A stretch of 63,946 nucleotides of DNA, filler included, from Stramenopiles sp. TOSAG23-3 (taxonomy: Eukaryota), in assembly GCA_900128585.1 (NCBI GenBank). It is 11 parts of 11 records of this genome, joined end to end, with 100 filler letters (N's around TTAATTAATTAA, not from the genome) between each part and the next. Parts side by side here need not be neighbours in the genome. Positions count along the whole stretch, not along the records: positions 6,307 to 12,509 come from LT643363.1; positions 12,610 to 18,808 come from LT643364.1; positions 18,909 to 25,099 come from LT643365.1; 8 more parts are not named here. The stretch is one strand, 5' to 3'. Shown here in pieces: positions 10,112 to 19,612 of this stretch (position 1 is the stretch's first letter; each line of letters opens with the position of its first letter). The notes below the pieces were generated by a model that was not told the DNA's origin, searched no databases, and saw only the letters and a list, made by a program, of their open reading frames with translations. Both the position numbers and the translations under genes were made by a program.

Positions 10112-11646
10112 GGTGGTAGTTCAAAAAAGAAAAACAACGTTTATTGCAGAAGTCCTTGTCCGGTGATTTAACGTTCTGGTACGGTCAAAAGAAGAGTTTC
10201 CTCTGCGTTACAGTTTGAATGAAAAATTTCGTCAATGGTTGTTGTAAAACCAACCTTTTTATTTTAAGAAATGGTCAATATTATTATTATTCCTCTCCCA
10301 CTCTACTAATAAAAAAATAATAATATTTCTAATAATAGTCGTCTATATAAAATATATAATTTAATAATTATTGGTTATAAATATAATAAATATATTTTAT
10401 GATGTGTGATGATGATGAAGGAAGAAGAAGACGACATCTTTCTTCTTCTTTTTCTTCTTCTTCTTCTTCTTCTTCTTTCTCTCTTTTTTTCTTCCTCTTC
10501 TTCTTCTTCTTTCTCTCTTTTTTTCTTTTTTTATACATATTCACCAATCATTCAATTATTTCTCTCATCCTCTTCTTACCTTCGTATCTTCCATAAAAAA
10601 ATCACGAAATATCACACATCAAAAATAACCTTAAACACTGCATTCCTATTATTTACTTACTTAAGGCCAATATTTAAATTCAAGGAATACTGTAGTTAAA
10701 TTTATAGTAATTATAAATTACTATACGAAGAAAACGTAGTAGTTAGTTTTAATTTTATTAATTAATAAATGGAAGAAGGATCAATTTTTTGAAAATACGT
10801 GAAATCTTTACTTTTGGTGCTGTGGTGATGTAATGACTTTCTTTCCTTTTCCCCCCTCCTCGCGCCCTGCTGATTTAATTATTTTTGAATAAACAATGCT
10901 GTGTAATGTATAAGAGTTTTTATAGGAACGGATTCTTCCCTTGAATTCCATTATGATGATGATAGAGCCATATTACAACTGTTCAGCAAAGGATACAATG
11001 GAGGAATATTTTAAGAAGGAATTTAAGAACAAACGAAGACTTTCAATTTGTTTAGTACATTATTATTCTATATGTTGACTATACAATATACTTTTATTTT
11101 AAGTAGAATACTGTATTATACTATAGACATAGCACTATGTAATAAAATTGATTCTCTATTACATATTCCAAATGTTCCTTCTGTGTGACTTCTAGTCTCG
11201 AAGAAAAAGTGATCGACGGACGGATTGATTTTGATTTTGTTGTTGTTGTTCTATGTTTATAAAATTTATCGTATATATATGCTAATTATGTTGTTGTAAG
11301 TTGCAGCTGCGATTGACAGCTTCTTTTTTCTTCTCTCTTCTTTTTCTTCTTCGTCGTCGTCTTCTATTATATCTCCTTCCTTTTTATTATTTTTCTTCTT
11401 CTGCTTTCTTCTTCTTGTTTTTTGTAGTGGTGTTAGTTGGAAGAAGTAAATTGTTCGATTTAATATACTTTTGATGCACTTCTCACTAGCTTTCGTAAAC
11501 CCATAGATGAAAGTGTTTCTAAAACTGACAGGAAAGTGCAGTTTAACGCGAAAGTGTCATTGCAATAATCCGAATCTGTCTGAACTTTGATAATTCAAAG
11601 AAAAAAAAACCCGACCGTATCACTGATATTCTTTTAACGATCCAAC

Positions 11647-12378
11647 ATGTCGTATGATAGAGCGCTGACAGTCTTTTCTCCAGATGGACATTTGTTTCAA
11701 GTGGAGTACGCCATGAACGCCGTGAAACGGGGGTCCACAGTTGTAGGAGTTAGAGGGAAAAACGTCGTCGTTCTTGCAGCTGAGATGAAGCAGGCACAGG
11801 AGCTTCAAAACATGCGAACCGTCAGAAAGATTTTGACCGTCGATGCACACGTTGCGTTAGCCTTTGCGGGCCTCCAAGCGGACGCCCGTGTTCTTATCAA
11901 CAAGTCCAGGCTTCAGTGCCAGTCTCACCGACTGACGGTTGAAGACGCCCCGAAAGTTGAATGGGTAGCCCGCACAATCGCCGAAACACAGCAAAAGTAC
12001 ACCGCCCGTGGGGGCAGGAGACCGTTTGGAATCGCAACCGTAATAGCTGGTCACGACATGGACGGAACTCCTCAGTTATGGCAGACCGACCCGTCCGGGA
12101 ACTACTCCTCCTGGAAAGCCACTGTTACTGGCCGAAACTCAAAGAGTGTAAGAGAACTTCTTGAAGAAGAATACGAAGCAGGAATGACTGAAACGGACTC
12201 GGTTCGAGTAGCATGCCGCGCCCTTTTGGAAACCGCGGAACGTGGCGCAAAGGGTATCGAAGTCGCAGTACTTGCTCATGGAAAGGCAATGAAAATGTTA
12301 GATGCGGAGACCATCGAAAAGGTTTGTACAGAGATTGCTGAAGAGGATGCTGCTGATGATACTGTGGCCAGCAGTTGA
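11647..12378 (+). CDS. PSMA7: 20S proteasome subunit alpha type-7 (alpha4)
   Basis: MSYDRALTVFSPDGHLFQVEYA, ADARVLINK, SHRLTVED, GRRPFGI, QTDPSG, GRNSKSVRE. Confidence 0.95.
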   Translation: MSYDRALTVFSPDGHLFQVEYAMNAVKRGSTVVGVRGKNVVVLAAEMKQAQELQNMRTVRKILTVDAHVALAFAGLQADARVLINKSRLQCQSHRLTVEDAPKVEWVARTIAETQQKYTARGGRRPFGIATVIAGHDMDGTPQLWQTDPSGNYSSWKATVTGRNSKSVRELLEEEYEAGMTETDSVRVACRALLETAERGAKGIEVAVLAHGKAMKMLDAETIEKVCTEIAEEDAADDTVASS

Positions 12379-12609
12379 GGTTAATTTTGAAACGCTGACC
12401 GCAAAAGCGTCAAGCCTGGAAGAAGTAAGAAGAGGCGTGTACGTGATGTTACAACTAAGCATTTTTTCTGAAATTACACACTTAGTTCTCAAAAAAATAT
12501 AAAATTTACNNNNNNNNNNNNNNNNNNNNNNNNNNNNNNNNNNNNNNNNNNNNTTAATTAATTAANNNNNNNNNNNNNNNNNNNNNNNNNNNNNNNNNNN
12601 NNNNNNNNN

Positions 12610-13129
12610 ATGCCAGACATTTTGGCGTGATCGCGCCGCAGCAAGCGTTTCCTCCACTTTTGCAACCCGGTAAATCTTCGTGCCCGGACTTGCTGCAGTA
12701 ATCTTGTACGGTGACTCCAACCTTGCAAGCAAAACATTCGGCTGTCATCGCACTGCAACATCCGTTTCCTGTGTTACCACTTCCGCTACCAGTATTTGTC
12801 CTTGTGCCCTCGCAACCAGGGACGTCCGCGTGGTCGTCTTTGTTGCAGTAATCGTCTACGGTGACTCTAACCTGGCAGGCAAGACAATCAGCTGTCATCG
12901 CTTTGCAACACGCGTCGGTCCCGTTACCAGTATTTGTCGTTGTGCCCTCGCAACCAGGGACGCCCGCGCGGCCATCTTTGTTGCAGTAAGCTTGTACCGT
13001 GACTCCAACCTTGCAGGCCTCACATTCGGCTGTAACTGCACTGCAGCAAATATTAGCGTTGACAACACTGCAGGAAAGTAAGACAACGAATACCGTGGTA
13101 AAACAACTTTTCAGATTAAAAAATGTCAT
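12610..13129 (-). CDS. Secreted Cys-rich tandem-repeat protein (3' truncated by contig end)
   Basis: Signal peptide, then three complete CC-x6-C-x2-C-x9-C-x10-C modules and the start of a fourth. Confidence 0.8.
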
Positions 13130-13494
13130 GCTTTTATTATTGTTCTTTCAAACTTGGGTGTATGTGTAATGTATTTTTCTCTTTGAAATCTCTTGGGTTC
13201 TACCAGTTGTCTAATTTCAGATATATTTTAGAGTGATCAATTGCATGGAATCTTGATCTTTTTACTTCTTCCCCCGGACAACAAATGATCAAACAATGTG
13301 ATGTGTTTAAAAAAAATAATCATCCCTGCTGGGTGCTGAAACTAATATTATTATAATGTAAAAACACAAATACATCTCTTACTGTATTATTATAATACAA
13401 TAGTATAAAATTATAATATTGTCCTTAATATTTTAGACTATATACGTAAGTATCAGTCGTCTCGGAACTCGGAAACGAAAAAAAATAAAATTCC

Positions 13495-13617
13495 ATAAAA
13501 AATCCCCCTGCTGGCTATATAATAATATATTTTTGGATAAAAAATCCCTCTGCTGTATCTATATAATATATTTTTGGATAAAAAATCCCTCTGCTGTATC
13601 TATATAATATATTTTTG
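13495..13617. repeat. ~41-bp tandem repeat, 3 copies
   Basis: ataaaaaatccctctgctgtatctatataatatatttttgg x3; the first copy is slightly diverged. Confidence 0.9.
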
Positions 13618-14029
13618 TTCAATGGTATTGAATGTAAATATGATACCTGCTGTTCTCATATAAGTGGGGTCTATTCAACCATAGTTTAACTACGTAAAAG
13701 AATATTAATTATTCATAGGGATTACATCGGGTACATTTCAAAGTACTTTGGAAGAGGCGGCTGCATTTTTAATTCTTTTCCAATCTCTCGAAGGCAAGCT
13801 AATGAGAAGAAGCACGTTCTTCAACAATGTGCTTCAATTGAATTAATACTGTACGTAGACACACTTTGTTTACTCACAGGTTTACAATTGAAATTGTAAT
13901 TCAGTAATTTTCCTTTTTTGTATCCAAATAAATAGTAAGTATAATTGTTGAAAACCAATCGAATAGTAATAGAAAAAAGAGACGAACGGACGCCTGTTGC
14001 TCTTCTTTTCTGGTAAGGACGGATTCAAT

Positions 14030-15553
14030 ATGCGCCGGGTATGGAACGAGACGACTTCAGACGAAAAACGGACGTCAAACAGCGGGTATGGCGGGGTAAA
14101 GGTTGGTGATTATGGGCAGGGCGGGCGTGTTTACACGAAATACAGGGAACGTTCTAGCGGGGGGTCGGGCCAAGTGTGCTCCACCGGCTGCATGAACGTT
14201 CTGTACGTTTGCACGATGTTTGCAGTCACAGTGTCCCTGTATTTTGCAGAAAAAGGGCTGCACTCCACGCAGGGTTGTATCAACGAGGCGTCGGAGAGCG
14301 CCGTCACACTGCCCAACCCCATTGCTAGGGAGGAGAACAACGACAGGCTAGTGTTTGCACCCGTTCCTTATCCACCAACTATTAGCGGCCCTGCCCCCAG
14401 GGATGAGTTCTTTGGCATTGAAATGCCGCACGGGGTTGCCATTGGAAAGCGGAACACGGAGTATTGCCAGTGGAGCGAAATGCGGCACTCCAAGACGACA
14501 AAAGTCGGCCAAAAGCCAGATTTTTGTGTCAGCGCAAACTCGGAAAGCGACAGCTGCAGGGGCGTAAGCTGCGGCGGAAAACCTAGCTCCTCGTGCACGG
14601 GCCCGTGCTGCCGCCGAAAGAAAGGGGCTGATATAACGAAAGAGGAAGTATGGTTTACGTACCACAAAGCGTGGCGTAGCACACGAATCCAATCCGCGAC
14701 GTTCGATAACCCTGCCGCCTATTACAACCCTCAGCGCGATCCCGCGCCGACTCTTTCATTCTATGCCGGGGGGAAAGGCCTCAAACTATGGGGTGCTGAG
14801 AACGGACTGCACGTCTCCGCCCGCAACCTTGAAGCAGCCCTGCGGCCGTTCAAAACATTACTCTTGGACAAAGCAACTGTCGACGGTCTAAGCCAGGGCG
14901 CCTTACAGGCAGGTTTCGGCGAGGCGGACCATCAGTACTTTTACAGTCGGGTACCGAAAGATGGAATGGACCACCCTGTAGTTCGCTCCATAGCCTCCTA
15001 CCTTATCGACGGCGTGATTGACGTGAATGAAATTTCAAAAGGGCTCGGTGTGGAGAGCTTGCTGTCGACCGCGGGGCTCGGATGGATTACAAAGGGCACA
15101 TGCAACGCAGGCGACGTGAGGGTTTCGTTTTCGATGAGAAACGTACCCAATTCAGCATCGATACTGGGAAAGCAGACCGGTGGCCAATTTTTAGTTCCGC
15201 ACACGTACTCCAACGGGAAGTCAATGATCATCGCAAAGCCGAAATTGATGGACTTACAAGGGCTACTTGCTTCCGCGCTGTCCGATGAACGGTGGTGGAC
15301 CAACATCTACCGTGGGGGCATAATGCTTCTCTGCGTGCTTGGAGGACTCTTTCGTGCGGAGCGCCCGGGGCTTCCAAAAACATTTGCTGGCCAACTGCTT
15401 TTGCTCTGTGTGAACTTTTCGCTCGTGTGGTGGCACTTTTATGGCCTTAGAACAGCGGCAGTTGTGCCTGGGCTGACATTCTTCACGATTTTGGGCATAG
15501 TTGCCTTGGCGGATAAATTTGGCGGAGGGCGCAACAAGGTGAAGGGGGAGTGA
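14030..15553 (+). CDS. TMEM43 (LUMA)-family membrane protein
   Basis: N-terminal TM; KRNTEYCQWSE, YHKAWRSTRIQSATFDNP..YNP, GDVRVSF; three C-terminal TMs. First ATG at 14030. Confidence 0.75.
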   Translation: MRRVWNETTSDEKRTSNSGYGGVKVGDYGQGGRVYTKYRERSSGGSGQVCSTGCMNVLYVCTMFAVTVSLYFAEKGLHSTQGCINEASESAVTLPNPIAREENNDRLVFAPVPYPPTISGPAPRDEFFGIEMPHGVAIGKRNTEYCQWSEMRHSKTTKVGQKPDFCVSANSESDSCRGVSCGGKPSSSCTGPCCRRKKGADITKEEVWFTYHKAWRSTRIQSATFDNPAAYYNPQRDPAPTLSFYAGGKGLKLWGAENGLHVSARNLEAALRPFKTLLLDKATVDGLSQGALQAGFGEADHQYFYSRVPKDGMDHPVVRSIASYLIDGVIDVNEISKGLGVESLLSTAGLGWITKGTCNAGDVRVSFSMRNVPNSASILGKQTGGQFLVPHTYSNGKSMIIAKPKLMDLQGLLASALSDERWWTNIYRGGIMLLCVLGGLFRAERPGLPKTFAGQLLLLCVNFSLVWWHFYGLRTAAVVPGLTFFTILGIVALADKFGGGRNKVKGE

Positions 15554-15646
15554 GGACGGGCACTAAGAATTTAGTAAATATATTATAAAAGCTTAGATCG
15601 TACTTCGTACAAAGTGTACGAATTAAGTTTCACAACAGTAGAGATC

Positions 15647-15703
15647 ACTTCGCAGTACATTAATTTTAGTTACTTAAATAACAGCCAATTTTTTTGTTTT
15701 TTA
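15647..15703 (-). repeat. Dispersed non-coding element, copy 2
   Basis: Reverse complement TAAAAAACAAAAAAAATTGGCTGTTATTTAAGTAACTAAAATTAATGTACTGCGAAG aligns with 4760-4824. Confidence 0.8.
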
Positions 15704-15910
15704 TTTTTACAACCTTTTAGATAATTTAACTAAATCTTACGAGAGGTTAAATAACAGCGCGTCATTTTTTGGTATTAATAATTGAGGATGATGTCAATAA
15801 TGGTCTGGCGTTCCCATTTCCTGCTCTTCAAAGCGCGCGATTTGCCCTGGCTGCTCTTCGTCATCTTTGCGATCCTGCCTTCTAGGTTTTCAACAACTGG
15901 CTGGACAGTT

Positions 15911-16264
15911 TTACGGCGATGATGGCGGCGTCGGGGTGTGCCAGACACTTTTGCCATTCACGTTGATTTTCTTTCTTCCCCGCGCTATGGGAGCGTTTTG
16001 CTTGTAGTGGGTAATGCCTTCGGCGCCTCCTCCACCCATATGGTTTATGCGTGGGTACGGAGATCCATAATGTACACCCATCGCCAATCTATCCTCAGCG
16101 TCGGCTATCTTTACCAACGCAGCTTCGCGGCCAATGGTTTGGTTCTTCCTAAATTCCTGCCGTGTACTATTCAAAATATACGCCCTCTCGGCCGGTTCCT
16201 GCCATGTCCGTCCCACCCGCAAGAGTTTTCGCATGAGCGACAGTGCCTTTCTGCTACTCGCCAT
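15911..16264 (-). CDS. LYRM1: LYR-motif mitochondrial protein, LYRM1-like
   Basis: ALSLMRKLLRVGRTW (LMR variant of LYR), ERAYI...EFRKN, RLAMGVHYGSPYPR. ATG at 16264. Confidence 0.8.
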   Translation of the reverse strand: MASSRKALSLMRKLLRVGRTWQEPAERAYILNSTRQEFRKNQTIGREAALVKIADAEDRLAMGVHYGSPYPRINHMGGGGAEGITHYKQNAPIARGRKKINVNGKSVWHTPTPPSSP

Positions 16265-16767
16265 CCCCAAATCTGCCTATCTAATGAACGCACGAATGTA
16301 TTCTTTCTATCGATTTTTAAGCGTTTGCAGTCATTTCGTCTGCATTCAGAAAAAAATAGTAAGTAAACGAATGTATTGCATTGTACTTTTCACAATCATC
16401 GGTGAAATGAGGATGAACACACCACCAATTAGGAGGATGATTTTTAACTAATACATAAAAATAGCATAGAAGTGTTTTTTTATTTCACAAAAAATGGTTT
16501 AGCTTAGTTTCACTCTACGCATTTATATATAGGTAAATATTACAAGTACAAAAAACATTGAATTTTATTTTTTATTTTTATATCGCACAAAAAAAAACTT
16601 AAAAATTTTACCCTTTCTGACTTGATTGTAGTAGTATAAAATATAGTATAACAAGAAAATTGAATGTTATTTATTGATGATAAAATATCGTATATTGAGA
16701 TACATTGTGTACACGACCAGAACAACAATATAATGGATGGTATGGTGTACAAGTATTGATCAAGACA

Positions 16768-18006
16768 TTAGGCCTGGGAGCTGCTTTTTTGGCAACCTTT
16801 TCCATCGGTGCACGCCTGGCCTTCGAGGCAACATTCAGTCCTGGCGCACTCTTTCGGTTTCCAAAACTTCTTTTTGCCGCAGCAGCAGTTCGACCCTTTG
16901 GGACAGGAAGTTGCCGCTGAGTCTGGGTCGAACGTACCCGTTTTGCACTTTACTTCTGGCACAGGCTTTGGTGTTGGCGTTGGCCCTGCTTTCGGGTACA
17001 CTGCTTTGCATGCAATACAGTCAATGTTTTCTCCGATTTGCATTCGAACGTACCCATTTTCGCCCCATGAATCGCCCCATGAATTTTTCACGATGTAGTA
17101 AGGGTTTTTCGCAGTTGTGTCGTAACCTACCGCCAAAACAGAGTGGTCAATCTGTTCAACGCCGCCGCCGCAGTCGTCGTCCAGAACGCCCCCGCCGTAG
17201 TTCATAAAGGAGGAGCACTGTGCGTTGATGGACACGCTCACAGGCTGTTGGACAAGTGCTCTACGAAGGTCGGCCTCGTCGTTTGCAGTAACATTACTGT
17301 ACGAGATAATCGAGGCAACTTTCTCCAACTTTTCTTTCGCAGCATTGCAGTCATCAGAGAGGTACGGCCAATCCTCATTCGAATCGATGCCCCCATTCTT
17401 GATAATGTGGCCGAAGCATAGCCATGGGTACCCGCCTTGGCACCCAAATGTACCCGGTGTACACGCGAGACACTGGTCAACACTGTAGCCCTGATCGGTG
17501 TCTGTGGTGTTCCACGCAAAGTTTTCTGCTATCGAGACCGCTCCTTCGATAGCACCTATGGCCGAGAACGCCCAACAACTCCCGCACTGCCCTTGGTTCT
17601 TTACACTGGAAACTTTCCCTGTAGCGCGCCAGTCCACTTTTGATACGTTGTTTTCGCTGCCCCCTCTCGGATTAGATTTGATGGGGTTCGGATATTCGGC
17701 CCGGGCAGAAGCCGAGGAGGGAAGTCTCGCACCAAAAAGTCGCTGGCGTTCCTCTTCAGTGTGAGCGGCGAACTGGTTCACCTTCATGTAGAAGCTTGAC
17801 TTTCCCGACTTATACTTTTCATTATGCTCAAAGACCACCTTTGTTGTGTTGCAGAACAGGCTCATTCGAACTGCTCGATCGTCCCCTTTCAGTTTCAAAT
17901 ATTCATGTCGGTGGTGTTTGACGACCCACTCGTCGAATTCCTTCTCAGTGCACGCAGTGCAAAACGCTGCAAGAGCAAGGCAAACAAAAAGCTGCAGTGT
18001 CAGCAT
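16768..18006 (-). CDS. Papain-family (C1A) cathepsin-L-like cysteine protease with I29 propeptide and granulin-like tail
   Basis: Signal peptide; VDWR, KNQGQCGSCWAFS, DHSVLAVGY, YIVKNSWG; Pro-rich linker then a Cys-rich CP...CCC...CC tail. Confidence 0.93.
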   Translation of the reverse strand: MLTLQLFVCLALAAFCTACTEKEFDEWVVKHHRHEYLKLKGDDRAVRMSLFCNTTKVVFEHNEKYKSGKSSFYMKVNQFAAHTEEERQRLFGARLPSSASARAEYPNPIKSNPRGGSENNVSKVDWRATGKVSSVKNQGQCGSCWAFSAIGAIEGAVSIAENFAWNTTDTDQGYSVDQCLACTPGTFGCQGGYPWLCFGHIIKNGGIDSNEDWPYLSDDCNAAKEKLEKVASIISYSNVTANDEADLRRALVQQPVSVSINAQCSSFMNYGGGVLDDDCGGGVEQIDHSVLAVGYDTTAKNPYYIVKNSWGDSWGENGYVRMQIGENIDCIACKAVYPKAGPTPTPKPVPEVKCKTGTFDPDSAATSCPKGSNCCCGKKKFWKPKECARTECCLEGQACTDGKGCQKSSSQA

Positions 18007-18744
18007 GGCTGGCTCGGTGCTTTGAGTTAAAAGTATAAAATTGGTTCTTTGTTAGGTAGAGACAACACGTAGAAACAAAAAAAGGTATGTCGCAAGAAAG
18101 ACAGAAATATTAAATAACTATATTATATTTTTCTTATTATTGATCATACAGTAGAGACTGTAGGTCAACAAAGTTCGTGTTCACCTTTTTTGGTAATCAT
18201 ATTTTTTTTGGTAGTTATTAATCTATCGAAATCTATCCAAAGAAAGAAGTATAGTAATCAAAATTTTTCGTGTGTGAGTGAGGAGGAGTGATGAGGAGGA
18301 GGGGGGAGGGGGGACGGAAGAATGCTGCTATTTTATTTATTATTTAAAAAACAAATCACCATCATTCATCATCACAATCAAAATTAAAAAAACAACATAC
18401 ACAATTCGACATTTATTATTTTATAAAATAATACTACTGTACATTATTACGTAGACTAATAAATAATCCTTATAATAATTATGGCAATTAGCCCTATAAT
18501 TTAGATTATAATTATTTATTGTAGATTATTCTTTCCTCCTTTTTGCCGACGTCTTTAGTAATTCTGAAATTGGTGCACCAAGAATTTTATTTACACCGTA
18601 TACCATAGGTATACCAATCCTGAAATTGGTGCATCGCGAGATACATCACATAGCAGGGAAAAAATAGAAAATCGGAATATTTCACTAATAAACCAATAAC
18701 AACAATAACTCAAAAAAAAAAAACCCCACTCTTCTCCCATAATA

Positions 18745-18808
18745 TCCTTCCTTCCTTCCTTCCTTCCTTCCTTCCTTCCTTCCTTCCTTCCTTCCTTCCT
18801 TCCTTCCT
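18745..18808. repeat. (CCTT)n microsatellite at contig end
   Basis: Direct. A (CTTT)n run begins the next contig at 18909. Confidence 0.9.
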
Positions 18809-18908
18809 NNNNNNNNNNNNNNNNNNNNNNNNNNNNNNNNNNNNNNNNNNNNTTAATTAATTAANNNNNNNNNNNNNNNNNNNNNNNNNNNNNNNNNNNN
18901 NNNNNNNN

Positions 18909-18984
<76 letters not shown>

Positions 18985-19612
18985 TTCATCATAAAAAATA
19001 ATAAAAAAGAAGAAGAAAGAAGAACGAACGAACGAAAGAAAAGAAGAATAGAAGATATTATTTAAATAGTATTGTGGACGACATTACCACCACTGTGGAC
19101 GACTGACTCATAATAATAATAATAATTATTAAATTATTATCTTCTCTTCTTCTCTCTCTTTTTCCTTCTCTTCTTCTTCTTTCTTCTTCTTTGTGTTGAT
19201 AAATATATTGAGCAAAAAAAAAAAATGGCATTTTTTTTAGAGAAAAAAGAAAGAACGGAAGAAAGAAAGAACGGAAGAAGAAGAAGCACAACATACGAAA
19301 ACAGAACGAAAGAAGAAGAGCAAAACGACCCGAATACACAAGAGCACGAAAACGAAACGAAACCGAAAACGAAACGAAACCGAAAACGAATCGGGTGGGA
19401 ATTGATTTCGATTTCGATTTTTTTTTTTTTATGGGATAAAAGCATTGCTCACCGGGCTCGCACGAACAGGTTGCGCTTACGTTTACTACGAGAACGAAAT
19501 AATCACTGGTTGGTTGGTCGGCCAAGCGGTCCGTTGTCGTGCATTTACATATAGGCACGCACGGTCTTTGCGGCCGCTTGGGTTAGTTTTTATCTGCTTG
19601 CATACTGGGGCG

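Noticed and set aside
10399-10699. Poly-Phe/Ser/Lys ORFs in spacers (also 4434-4646, 19058-19558, 33916-34463, 44003-44227)
   Set aside because: They are translations of GAA/CTT microsatellites.
13495-13617. Possible CRISPR-like array
   Set aside because: The units are directly adjacent with no unique spacers; the context is eukaryotic and no cas genes are present.
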